DNA of 63,067 nucleotides, the filler included, from Octopus bimaculoides (taxonomy: Eukaryota), in the NCBI RefSeq assembly GCF_001194135.2. It is 5 parts of 4 records of this genome, joined end to end, with 100 filler letters (N's around TTAATTAATTAA, not from the genome) between each part and the next. Parts side by side here need not be neighbours in the genome. Positions count along the whole stretch, not along the records: positions 28,760 to 58,385 come from NC_068989.1; 4 more parts are not named here. One strand, written 5' to 3'. Below the pieces are notes generated by a model that was not told the origin of the DNA, ran no database searches, and saw nothing but the letters and a program-made list of their open reading frames with translations. Numbering within the stretch: position 1 is the first letter of the stretch; each line of letters opens with the position of its first letter. The position numbers and the translations under genes were made by a program. Below are positions 37,600 through 49,680 of this stretch, piece after piece.

Positions 37600-37975
37600 G
37601 GTTTGCAGGGTCCCTTCAAGGATCTCTTGAGTAATATTACTCAGCAGGGTGCAGAGAATCTCTCCATATCAAGCAGCTACTTCTCTGCATTGAGAAACCA
37701 CAGCTTTGGTACTAAGCACCTGTGATTAGAATGTCACAGGAAAGAATTGCAAAACACCTTCTTCAAGTCAAGCCAACCAGCAGGATACCTAGGGGTAGAC
37801 CAAGAATGCGATGGTTGGACAATATCCATAGTTTCAGTCAGTCATGCTTAAGAATCCAGCTGGAAAGTCTAATGATGATCGCTTCTGTTAGGACACTATG
37901 AAAGGGGTGCCTGAGGACTCAACTCCCTTGGCCCTTCCAGGAATAGTGGGTGGAGAAGATGGATGGATAAATTTT
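37600..37975 (+). mobile_element. RTE-clade LINE C-terminal remnant
   Basis: RMSQERIAKHLLQVKPTSRIPRGRPRMRWLDNI (RTE-type R.RGRP..RW.D); related fragment on - at 59590-59695 (LLLRIERSQIR). Confidence 0.7.
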
Positions 37976-38463
37976 ATGGTTTTTGTATGTTTTTAGATGG
38001 CTAAAAATGGCTTTTCTTTGATGAAATTCAATTCCTATATTTTACAACTCTAATTTGACTTTGCCTTAGCTATTTCTTGTGCAAAAAATAATAATTTCTT
38101 GTTGTTTTAGATCTGCTTCATACCACCCACCACAGCAGAATTGATGGTTCCAATTAAAAAGCATTGGTATGGGTGCTGGTGCCACATAAAAAAAAAACAC
38201 TGGTGATGGTGCCATGTAAAAAGCACCCAGTACACTCTGTAAAATGGTTGACATTAGAAAGGGCATCTACCTGTAGAAACCAATCCAAAACAGACTATGG
38301 AACCCAGTGGACATTAAATGTTGATGATGAAGTTTTCCATAAATCTTCAGTTTCTATAAATGTTGATGATGATGTTTCCATAAATTTTCAGTTTTTCATT
38401 TTTTCCTGTTTTTTCTTTTTAAACTAATTTAATCATTCTTTTTTTCTTTTTCTTTTCATTCAG

Positions 38464-38592
38464 ATTTCTTATATGACATTCCTGTTTTGTTTCACATATA
38501 TTGTGTTATTAAAAACTTTACCAGTGCCTCGCTGGCAGGAGTATTATGTTATTGCATACATCGGAACTCTTGCATTAGAAAAGATGCGCATG
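38464..38592 (+). CDS. TRPM3: TRPM1/3-like channel, internal exon D (S1-S2)
   Basis: ISYMTFLFCFTYIVLLKTLPVPRWQEYYVIAYIGTLALEKMRM; long polypyrimidine tract + cag acceptor, gtaaat donor, 129 nt, phase 0-0. Confidence 0.93.
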
Positions 38593-38724
38593 GTAAATAT
38601 TACTTCTTTTTCTTCTTTCCATTTCTTTATTTTCTGATTCCCAACATAGTGGTATTTGTTACTGCTGTTGCCTTCTTTTCTTCGCCTTCTTCCTTGACTT
38701 CTTCTTCATCATCATCTTATTATT

Positions 38725-39115
38725 AAGATGGCAAGCTGGCAGAATCGTTAGCATGCCGGGTGAAATGCTTAGCAGTATTCCATCTGTCGCTACATTCTGA
38801 GTTCAAATTCTGCTGATGTTAACTTTACCTTTCATCCTTTTGGGGTCGATAAAAGAAGTACCACTTGAGCACTAGAGTTGATGTAATCGACTCATCCCCT
38901 CCCCCAGAATGGCTGCTCTTGTGGCAAAATTTGAAACCATTATTATTATCCACACCAGGCGAAATACTTAGCTGTATTTCATCTACCTTTACATCGACTT
39001 TGCCTTTCATCCTTTTGGGATCAATGAAATAAGTACCAGCCAAGTGCTGTGGTCAATGTAATGAACTTAACCTTCCCCCAATATTTCAAGCCTTGTGCCT
39101 ATAGTAGAAAGGATT

Positions 39116-39153
<38 letters not shown>

Positions 39154-39350
39154 AGGCAGCAAGCTGGTGGAATTGTTAGCATGCCAGGCAAAATGCTTAG
39201 CGGCATTTCATCTGTCGCTACATTCTGAGTTCAAATTATGCCAGGACCAACTTTGCATTTCATCCTTTCAGGGTTGATAAATTAAGTACCAGTGAAATAC
39301 TGGTGTCAATCTAATCAACTAGTCCCCTCCCACAAAATTTCAGGCCTTAT
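38725..39350 (+). mobile_element. Tandem array of about 3 family E SINE units separated by (ATT)n
   Basis: Repeated GTTAGCATGCC...CTGAGTTCAAATT...CTTTCATCCTTT...AAGTACC units. Confidence 0.75.
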
Positions 39351-39627
39351 TATTCTGTTGTGTCTGGGGAGAGTCATTCTCTTTTGGTGCCTTATAATTT
39401 AACACACTCACCAGTAAAATTTCCACTTATCTCTTTTTTATTTTTCTAAAATTTTTGTTGCGTCTTGCAACCTTTTCAAAAGTTTTGAGTCAGAACTATT
39501 GAAAATATTGCAAGACGCAACAAAAATTTCTGAAAAATAAAAAAGAAATAAGTGGAAATTTTACCGGTGAGTGTGTTAAATTATAAGGCACCAAAAGAAA
39601 ATGACTCTCCCCAGACACAACAGTATA
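39351..39627. repeat. Long palindrome / foldback element (arms about 116 bp)
   Basis: 39355-39470 is the near-perfect reverse complement of 39508-39623; 37-nt spacer with further partial pairing; arm-end sequence also at about 23310-23345. Confidence 0.9.
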
Positions 39628-39839
39628 TGCTTCAACACATAAAGAATCTTACAAACCAAATCCAAAAACCAAATTATTATTATTAAGGTAAAATACTGGT
39701 TGAATCATTAGATCATTAGTGCATCAGATGAAATGGTTAACAGCATTTTTGTCGTACTTTTCATCTTTTAGGGGTTGATAAAAGAAAGTACTGGAATCAA
39801 TATAATCAACTGAGCTTTGTGTCAAAATTTGAAATAATT

Positions 39840-39878
<39 letters not shown>

Positions 39879-41099
39879 AAGGAAAGTGGAATGACATAAG
39901 CATTAGAGTGTCAGACAAAATACCTTGCAGTACTTGAGCTGGCTCTTTTCATTCTGAGTTCAAATCCTGCCAAGGTCAACTTTGCAATTCACCTTTTCAG
40001 AGTCGATAAAATAAAGTACCACTCAAGTACTAAGGTCAATGTAATTGATGAAGTCCTTCCCCATAAGATCACTGGTCCTGTGCCAAAATTTGAAATTATT
40101 ATTTATCCTATGCCCCCTGTGAAAAATAGTTGATTATCTATTGTGATCAGGGACATATATTGAACAAGTGATCAATCTAGTATTGAGTTCAATGATTAGG
40201 GGGTCAAGATTTTTGTGTGTGCCTTTTTGTTTTTTTGGGGGGTTTTTTTTTCTTTTTTATTCTCAAGCTAGCCTCAGAAATTTGTTTCAGAGGAACTTAC
40301 ATGTTATACAGTTGCATTCACTACATCCAATATTTATTATCGTTGGAAACTTGAAAATTTCAAATTTGTTCAAAAAATTAGTATGCAAAAACTATTTCAG
40401 AAATATCATGAACTTGCCAAGATAAGGCACAAAAGGAAAAAAAAAACAAACTAAAAGTAAAACTATAAGAAAAAGAAGTAAAGTAAGAAAAAGCATCCAG
40501 CCCATTTGTGAAGTTGTTGGCATCCAGCTGTAAAAACGATGCCAAAACTGACCTCACTTGTGCTGATGCCATGTAAAAAGCACTCAGTCCATTTTACAGA
40601 GTAGAATCCTTGTGAGTGAATTTGGTCAATGGAAACTTAAAGAAGCTCATTGTGTACATGTGTGTGTGTATTTACTTGTATTTGTCCTGAGTAAGAGTTT
40701 AAAATGCATCTGGTATTTGGGGTCTTGGTACAGGAGTTCCAGGATTTTGAGGAGTGAAGCACCACCCCTTAGCCACTGATGATCCCAGGTCTACTCTGAC
40801 CTGGAGTAGTAGCACTTGTTAGGGTCCTAGCTATGGGTTAATAGCATATGTACCACCTACTCCAAACCCAGTCTATGACTTCTCCAATAATCAATGATAA
40901 CTTGGTCAGCAAATCCTCTGTGATGGTCAACAATTGATGACAAGTTGATATGCTATGGATCACAGTATACCAAAGTGTGTATGCATGTGATCAGGGACCA
41001 CATGTGAACTTGTATTTCTGCTGAGGCTGGCTGTCAGAGCTGATTCAACCCACTCAGTGTGAATGCTGCCACAAGAACAAGTACTTGTATCTATATATA

Positions 41100-41310
41100 C
41101 AAGGGGCTGCTGAAAAGTTTCTGGCTTTGGGTAGAAGAAAATACAGGAGGATCAGTTATAATTTCATTCAGCATATTCTCCTCTCAGATTCACACTTATT
41201 GCAATGATCCTTCAGATTTTCTTAACCCTGTAAAAGAACTCAGAAAGTTGGGCTTCCAACCAGGCCGTTTGCAATATCCTTAAAGCCTGGAACTTTTCAG
41301 CACCCCTTCG
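41100..41310. mobile_element. Mariner-derived MITE
   Basis: TA-flanked TIRs CAAGGGGCTGCTGAAAAGTTTCTGGCTTT / AAAGCCTGGAACTTTTCAGCACCCCTTCG. Confidence 0.85.
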
Positions 41311-41856
41311 TATGCATGTATGTCTTGACCCCCAACTTGATATAACATGGTGTTAGTAAATGAGCGTCACCATCATATAGGCAATGTTGTTTACTTCAGT
41401 CTTCTGGGGAAAACCTGTCTGGCCATGGGGGAAATGTTACCTTACTTGGGTACAAGTGAGAGTTGGTGACTGGAAAGGCATCCTACTATTGAAAATATGT
41501 CTCACCAAATTCTGTTTGACCCATGCAAACATTAAAAAGGTGGTGATGACACTGACAACGACATAAGAGATTCTTTATTTTTCTTTTTGAAAACAAAATC
41601 ATTTTCCAAAGAAAAATATTTTTATTTAAAATAAAACAATTATAAAGCATGTAAATAAATCAAATAGAAAAACTACATGAACATTATTTTTGTGTATATA
41701 ATAAATATTATGTTTATATTTCAATAATAATTAAGTTGTTCAAAATACAATATATATATATATATTATGAACTATTTAGGAGGGATTGCAATTCTGATTG
41801 GGAAGAAACAAACACACTCATAAATGAATGCATGAAACCCATTATACATGCGCGCG

Positions 41857-41898
<42 letters not shown>

Positions 41899-42548
41899 GA
41901 CAGACAGACTAACACACAAGTACAGGTGCAGGCATAGCTGTGTGGTTAAGAAGTTTGTTTCCCAACCATGTTCTGCCCCAATGTGTGGAATCTTAAGAAA
42001 ATGTCTTCTATAACCTTTGGCCAACCAAGGTTTTGTGAGTAGATTAGGTTGATGGAAACTGAAAGACACCTGATGAATGTGTGTGTGTCCTTGTTTTTGA
42101 GATCACTTGCTGGTTTTAAATGATTCTTACTGTCATACAAGTAGTGTCACTCTTTTGCAATCTTCTTTGGAAACATATCCAGCAGTTGTATTGTTCATAT
42201 TTGAAGGTTAAGGGGAAATATCACCATCTTTGGAAATGGGTAAGTTGCCTACAGGAAAGATGTCCAGCTGCAGAAAATCTGCCAAATTTTGTCTGACCCA
42301 TACAAGCAAGGAAAAGTGGACTTTAAGGGAACGGTAATCACATTTAAGGTCCACTTTTCCATATTTGCATAGTTCAGATGGCCAGATGCCCTTCCTCTCT
42401 CACCAACCCTCACCTGGTTCCAAGCATGCTAAGATTTCCCTATAGTCAGAATATTGGAAATGAACAGTAACACTTGTATGATGGTGGTGATAGTCACTTA
42501 GAACCATCACAAGTTGTCAAGACAAGGGGTACATACATACACACATGC

Positions 42549-42582
<34 letters not shown>

Positions 42583-42889
42583 ATATGACCAAGACCTTTG
42601 GCAATATGCTGTGCTTGAGTACATGACCCATCAAGCTAAGTAAAATCGTAGTCATGGCAGATACTAGCGTCATGCAACCAGCACCCATGACTGTGGCATG
42701 TAAAAGCACCCATTACACTCTCAGAGTGGTTAGCATTAGGAAGGGCACCCAGCCATAGAAACTATGCCAAATCAGACTGGAGTCTGGTGCAGCCCTGATC
42801 AAAAAGTATTGGGACTGTTGCTCTAGTAACAGAGCTAATGTACACAGAATGAAACCACTTGGCACAGGTTGATCTTGAACTCTGTCACA

Positions 42890-43190
42890 CATGCACACTA
42901 AGTTATAATGCTCTCATTTACTTCCATTGTTTATAGCAGTGCTTGGAAGAAAAGTGTGTAGAGTGTTGTCTTCTCAAAAAGATCAGGTTTCAGCTGCACA
43001 GGATTTCCTTGATTGTGCCAAGGAAGATGAAAACGGCTTGAAGATAGTCATACAAATGATTGCTGTCTCTCTGAGCTTCTTATATGGCCTCTCAAACGAC
43101 TATTCAGTGCCACTGCTGATCTGAGTGGTTTGACGTATAGGTGACAGACCAAAAATTGTTACTTCCTCTGTATTGATCAGATCACTTGTG
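42890..43190 (+). mobile_element. Internally deleted mariner, same family as 16155-16916
   Basis: CAGTGCTTGGAAG leader, KDQVSAAQDFLDCAKEDENGLK peptide, end ATTGATCAGATCACTTGTG resembling the reverse of the family TIR. Confidence 0.65.
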
Positions 43191-43341
43191 AGATATAATC
43201 CTTATGAACCACTGTATGTCTTGTAAAATTGACTTGCAAGCCCTTTCACACACCATCATTCTGATTATCATCTTTCATACTTTACTTGTTTCAATCATTG
43301 GGTTGCAGCCATGCTGGGACACTGCCTTGGAGGGTTTAGTC

Positions 43342-43697
43342 CAGTGGTTCTCAAACAGGATCCATATGGCCTCTGAGGGTCCATATAAGATTTGTAGTGG
43401 GGTGGGGTCACACAACAAAATAGTAAATTGTGAATCCGCAATAGTTTTTTTAAGAGCCCCTAACAATATCTTACTTTAGATGTATATATTGGTGTGTATT
43501 GCATGAAACAGCCAGGTTTCTTTCTCTAACATTTTACATAGTTCAACCTACACAAGTTAATGTACGAAAAACAAAACAGGAATTTTGAAAGAAGTATATA
43601 TAAAACTGATATTTAAACATTGGCTGACTATGGGGATCCACCAGAATAAAATAGTAATCAAAGGGAACTAGAGCTAAAAGATGGTTGAGAACTTCTA
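43342..43697. mobile_element. hAT (Charlie-like) MITE nested in a family D SINE
   Basis: TIR CAGTGGTTCTCAA / TTGAGAACTTCTA; 8-bp TSD GTTTAGTC (43334-43341) / ATTTAGTC (43698-43705). Confidence 0.8.
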
Positions 43698-44172
43698 ATT
43701 TAGTCAAACAAATCAATCTCTGTACTTCTTTTGGAGTCTCTTACTTATTCTATTAGTCTGTTTTGCAACACTTCTAAGGTATTGCAATGTTAACAAATGA
43801 ACATTGGTTATAGGGTAGTGATAGGGGACAAACACATACATACAAATATGTGTGTATGTTGAGGACAAACTTACAGTTTCTGTCTACTGAATTTCCTCCC
43901 AAGGCATTGGTTGGCTCAAGGCTATAGTAGAAGACATTTGCCCAAGGTGCCACACAGTGGGGGTGAACTGAAAACCACATGGCTGGAAAGAGACTTTCTT
44001 AACCACAAAGCCATATCTGTATTTATATATTATTTAAATCCATAAGTTTTGTGTATGAGTACACATATAAATATACATGCTTATATATATAGATATGTAT
44101 TGATATATACACTTTCATATTTATAAATATGTACACACACACACACATATATATATATATCTACTTATAGTG

Positions 44173-44247
<75 letters not shown>

Positions 44248-44442
44248 CATATACACACACATAAGTACATTTATGTGAACATATTTATATATACACATAC
44301 ATATATATTTATATATATGCCTTCATATATATGTGTGTGTATTCATACACACATATAGATTTAAATGCATTTACACACACACAAATATATATTTACTGTT
44401 ATATATATATATATACATATACATATACACACACACACTCGC

Positions 44443-44473
<31 letters not shown>

Positions 44474-44624
44474 AGAGGGATGACCACTAAGTGGACATCC
44501 ATTATGCTAGATGTAGACCCCTGGCATTTTGCTGAATTTTCTTGAGAACAATCTTTTCTTAGTGGTCAGACCATATGGGGTCTACATCTAGCATAATGGA
44601 TGTCCACTTAGTGGTCATCCCTCT
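44474..44624. mobile_element. 151-bp MITE with perfect 48-bp TIRs, TA-flanked
   Basis: 44474-44521 is the exact reverse complement of 44577-44624. Confidence 0.85.
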
Positions 44625-46654
44625 TATATGTATGTAATATAATTTTTCTGAATCTTCAGATTTTTCAATATGCTAGGCCACTGGTTTTAAATTGATATTA
44701 ATCAAATTAATATTCAATTTTTCACCTTATTATTTAAATTTACATATATATATATATATATGCATAGACACACTCACATAATATACATATATAGATATGT
44801 ACTTATGTGTGTGTGTGTACTGTGTACTTACGTAGGTGTATATACTTGGAAGCCCTATCAACAAAGATTGTCAGTTGATATAACAAGAATTGTCATGAAG
44901 TTTAGCAGTGTGTAGCTGTTGTAGTTAATCAGCTGTATAAATGTTAACTACTTACCAGGACACTTCTTGCTTCCTTTGTTGGAAAATAGCCCAAAAGAAA
45001 AGTAGTGGTATTTAATCAATATCCATGTGTTAAAACCATTTCAGTTTCATATCCACTATGTTAAAAATATCACTTTAATTTCTATGATACATAAATGGAT
45101 GGGATTTTTTCTCAAAATCAAATTCAATTATATGCGCATGCACGCACACACACACACAACACACACACACACAAGTTTTATATCTTAAACATTTTTGTTA
45201 TTTTTTTTTAACTCTTATAAAAAACACATACCAAAAATGTTACAAATATTTATATTGATAAAAAAAATAGTAACCATAGTAACAGTTATTTTAATAAATT
45301 ATTTATGATAATATAACAATTATATAATTGATAGTCATCACAAAACAAGAACAACAAAACTATCAATTTAAATAGAGTTCTTGGTCTGTAGTTTTTGAGT
45401 AATTCATCATTGTATTCAAGACTCAAAAGCTCATTCCTTAGTTTTGGTAATTTGGTTATTATCTTCCAACTCCAGCAATATAACTGAACACTGAAAACAT
45501 TCATAAATCAATGTTTAATGTTATACAGACCTGCTTTCTCTTCTCTGAGTTTAATGGTTTATTAAGTTGATTCACATGATGATAGCAATGATTTTTTTTT
45601 TTTTTTTTTTTTGGCAAAATGTTCTAATATTTTTATTGGTGCTCATGGCAATAAATAAAAGCTATTTCACCTAGTTTTTACCTCCTTTTAGTAACTCGGC
45701 TGGTTGCGTAATTTGATAAAGTGTTCTGTTGCACATTTGAAGTTTTGAGAGTAGATTGTGTCTCAACACCTTCTTTGTCTCTTTGTTTTTATTCTCTTTA
45801 TTGGATATCATATATACACACACAAAGGCATGCACACATACACACACACATGCACACACACACACATACACACATACATATATAAAGAACAAACACAATA
45901 TGGAAAGCACACCTACAACTTAGAGGTAGAAAATAGAGAACCAATGCAATCTTGTAAACTGTTTCCTATTTATGGTCACATGAAAGAAATTGAGGCTTGG
46001 ATCAATGTTATTCAGATGTGTATATAATGAGGAAAGAAAAACCCACAAGATGTTTATATAATGGTGAAAGGATAAAGCCACACGATTCTGATTTTCATAT
46101 GGAAAAATATGGTACTTAATTTATGTATCTTTTCCAAATGGATTTAGTTTAATTAAGCAAGCGGTTATTCGATTATTGTTAAAACACAGAAACTGCTGCC
46201 ACGATTTTCTGTAGAGATATTATTAATGGAGATAATGTACAACATTTTAAATAGGATTCGAATTCTGAAACAATTTTCCAGCAAATTGAAACTAAAGAAG
46301 CTGCAAATATTTTTAGATTCTGAATTTATATTCCATGGAAATTGTATGAAGACAATTTTGGAGAAGACCCAATTCACATATTATTGCTTTAGCTGTGGCA
46401 CTAAACTAAAAATAACACTGCAACTGTAATGGTTATTTTATATTTGTGTTTCTTTTTGGTAATTGCATTAAGATTTAGTGATTTAGTTTCTGTTAGATTT
46501 TGTAGAGCAACCAGTCATAAGCCAAATAAGCATATTTGATTAAGAAATTTATTTAATTATTTATCTATTGTTAGTTTTGAATACTTGGTTTATGCATACT
46601 TATTTTTATTTCTATTGTGTTTACTTTATGTAAATTATCAGATTATTCCCTTAA

Positions 46655-46866
46655 CCCCTTTTGTTACTATATTTCCATTGAAATCTATTGCTTTTGTTTC
46701 AATTAATTTTTAATGAAGAGTTTATCAAAATAACTCCATTGTTATATAGCTGTTGCTTGGAGCATAAAGTAACATGGAATTTTGATGGTAGGTTTTACTT
46801 TAGATCACTTTAAAACAGGAAGTTTGTATTGTAGAAACAGATTCAGGCAGGTTGGTTTCAAAAGGA
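46655..46866. mobile_element. TTAA-associated (piggyBac-like) MITE
   Basis: Starts TTAA/CCCCTTTTGTTAC, ends AAAGGA/TTA; related copies near 32375-32470 and 55450-55850. Confidence 0.6.
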
Positions 46867-47785
46867 TTATGTTTATATATATTTCATTGATATTTATTGT
46901 TTCTACTCATGATTAATTACCAAAAAAAAAAAATTAACTTTCTAATTCTCTTTTTAATTTGAGGAAGTATGAAGTTGCTCTTTTTCTAGATGATACATTA
47001 ATTATCCTAAAAACGGCATGTAAAAATGAATATCTTTATTATTTTATCTCCATATTTATCTATTTATTATAGTTTAATTAAATCATAAACGGTGTTATTT
47101 TCAGCTTCCGCTCAGTTTTTTTTTTTTTTTTTAAAGAGGATACAAAAGCAGTTTTTTTAATTGTAAAAATTAAATATTATTTTTCGTTAGGATCATTAAT
47201 TTTTAACCTCCACTTCACGCCAAGCTCATTTTTCACCATTTCAAATTATGGAAACAGTGGCATATTTCACTAGAAATTTTTATCATAGCAGCCATCTATT
47301 AATTGCTTCTTATGAAGTGAATGATTATAAAGAGAACCAATTCCATTGAAAAATACAGCAAAAAATTGTAACAGTGTAGACTGACTACTTAATGACATTC
47401 TCTGCATGATATTCAAAATTATATTATTATTTTTTATAAATCTTTGTCTCTTGATAGTGGACTAATTTGTCTGTTGATAATGTTTTAGGATATAAAATAA
47501 ATCTTTCTCAGTTGATTTCATTTTAAAATTAATTCAATGAAATAATCATGTGTTCCATTAACTTGTGAATAACGTTGTTTAAAAAGAATTGTCTTGTTTT
47601 ATATTACTCTTGAATTATTGACAAAGATTGTTTAGAAATGTATCCACGCTATATAATTCCTACTCTACATAATTCTGTATGATTCTATAATTCTTACTCT
47701 GAAACGTTTGTAAAATATCAGTCATAATTTTAGGGGTGGGGTGGTCATCGCTTTTGTGTTTGCATTCTAAAGTCAAGTTGTTGAT

Positions 47786-48898
47786 TTACTGGCTGCGTTT
47801 ATAAACTATTTGTATTTTGTGTTGTTCCATGAGTGGATGTGCACTGTCATTGTTGCTGGCCTTGAAAACAATTATCTGACGGTGCTTCTTTTGGGATTTG
47901 CAGCAGAATAACTTTTTTAATTCTATACGAAAAAGTCTGCCAGTTAAACAGTAGAGAAAGAAGTTGATAGCATGGTTGATGTAAAGAAGAATGTAACTGA
48001 GTACTCGTAACAGTATGGCCTCAGCCAGGCTTTCTAAGTCCTTCCTAGATTTTTTAGTGATGGAAGTGAGAGTGTTAGGAACTGTTGTGAAAATCCATAC
48101 AAAGGAAATAGTTAAAAGAATGACTGCAAGTCGGCGGTGTATGCTCCGCATGTGTTGGTCGTCCTTTGTCATGGCACTTTTCAATGTTTCACGATGTTTC
48201 AGTAAGCAGAATATGATGAGCAGGTTCAATATAAGAAGTAGAACAGAGGGAATCACAGAGAAGAGGACCATGTTGAACCATGGGAAATATACACAAATTT
48301 TGATCATTTTACTTGTGCATTCTAGTTTGTCAGGGCTCTCAGGGTTGTCAGTACTTACTAGTTCTGCTGTCCAAAAGAAATGTGAGTTGAGCAATAGAAA
48401 TACTGTGACAATTGTAGCAGTAACAATTTTGACTCGACGGAAACTGCACATACCATTCGCGCGCAAAGGAAACCAAACCGCCAGGAATCTTTCTGTGGTC
48501 ACTGCTACAATCAGCCAGGCAGATATATGTAAGGAAGAGTTTATAATAAATATTATTACTTTACAGCTAAAGACAGAAACATGTAAGAGTTCTATGTAAG
48601 ACCACATACGAATCCATGTCTTGAGACCACTTATGAGGAGGAATACAGTGTCTGAGATTGCCAGCATGGCAAGGTAAAAAAAAGTCGATGTTCTTCGTAA
48701 TTTACGTTTCATCCAGATGATGAAACTGAGAATGTTTCCTATTGTTCCCATGATAATTATCACTGGTAGAACATAGATGAGGATGGAAATTGAGATTTGG
48801 TACGCTTTGATCTGCTCAAGTTGTTGTTTTTGGCTGAGAACTGTTGTCTCATTAGTCCAAGTGGGTAGTGTATATGTCATGTTGTCACTCAGGGACAT
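47786..48898 (-). CDS. Single-exon rhodopsin-like (class A) GPCR, 370 aa, FMRFamide-receptor-like / orphan peptide-receptor group
   Basis: Seven hydrophobic segments; N-glycosylation sites NMT and NET; GTIGN (TM1), LAISD (TM2), SAWLIVAVTTERFLAVWFP (ERF form of DRY), VIP in TM5, TTVP in TM6, NHAINFFLYCLTG..FR (TM7/H8). First in-frame ATG at 48898; the track start at 48928 is TTG, with in-frame TGA at 48967-48965. Confidence 0.95.
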   Translation of the reverse strand: MSLSDNMTYTLPTWTNETTVLSQKQQLEQIKAYQISISILIYVLPVIIIMGTIGNILSFIIWMKRKLRRTSTFFYLAMLAISDTVFLLISGLKTWIRMWSYIELLHVSVFSCKVIIFIINSSLHISAWLIVAVTTERFLAVWFPLRANGMCSFRRVKIVTATIVTVFLLLNSHFFWTAELVSTDNPESPDKLECTSKMIKICVYFPWFNMVLFSVIPSVLLLILNLLIIFCLLKHRETLKSAMTKDDQHMRSIHRRLAVILLTISFVWIFTTVPNTLTSITKKSRKDLESLAEAILLRVLSYILLYINHAINFFLYCLTGRLFRIELKKLFCCKSQKKHRQIIVFKASNNDSAHPLMEQHKIQIVYKRSQ

Positions 48899-48968
48899 AT
48901 TGATGCCTTCCCACTTCGCTATGTCCAACTCCGGTTTGGTGTTATCTTGTAAACAGGTTATGAATCAT

Positions 48969-48988
48969 CTACAAGATAAAATTGAAAT
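48969..48988 (-). promoter_or_regulatory. Putative 3' splice acceptor of the GPCR coding exon
   Basis: Minus strand TTTCAATTTTATCTTGTAG, 70 nt upstream of the ATG, implying an upstream non-coding exon. Confidence 0.6.
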
Positions 48989-49680
48989 ATAGATTACAAG
49001 TGATGTTCTCCATTAAATAATTATTGTCATAACTAATCAATCAGGTTTCACTGTAAAGTTACATTTATGTTGGTTATATTAAATATCTTTTACTACTATT
49101 TACTATAGTTTAACTGCAACCTATTTATTGGCAAAAAATTGCATGCACAATTTTTCGTCAGTATATAGGTCATAGTTTTGAGCAACAAAATTTTGACACC
49201 ATATTAATTATTAATTATGTTTAATTGGAACATGATTAATGAGAATGAATGTGACTTTATATAATGATATGTTTTAAGTCTTGAAGATGACTTTATATAA
49301 TGTTTTAATTCTTACATATAGCTTTTAGATAGCCCCTTAAGTGCAAGGCTGTGTAGTTAAGACACTTGCTTTGCAAGCATGTGGGTTTGGGGTTCAATCC
49401 TACTGTTTTATACCATAGCCATCTGAGCTGAAATTAATACATGGATAATGTGTGGAAGTCAATCATATCTGTATGCGTGTGTGTGTGTGTGTGCGCGCGC
49501 CAGCCCCCCCCCCNNNNNNNNNNNNNNNNNNNNNNNNNNNNNNNNNNNNNNNNNNNNNNNNNNNNNNNNNNNNNNNNNNNNNNNNNNNNNNNNNNNNNNN
49601 NNNNNNNNNNNNNNNNNNNNNNNNNNNNNNNNNNNNNNNNNNNNNNNNNNNNNNNNNNNNNNNNNNNNNNNNNNNNNNNN

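Noticed and set aside
40262-40350. Polypyrimidine tract + AG followed by LASEICF..., a candidate next TRPM exon
   Set aside because: Does not match the expected SEP..K..W..WN..D pattern and hits a stop without a good donor.
42309-42360. Inverted repeat GGAAAAGTGGAC / GTCCACTTTTCC
   Set aside because: Explained by two copies of the (ATG)n-tailed element lying tail to tail.
48015-48599. 194-aa ORF on + overlapping the GPCR
   Set aside because: Antisense shadow of the GPCR coding strand; no recognisable motifs or independent splice support.
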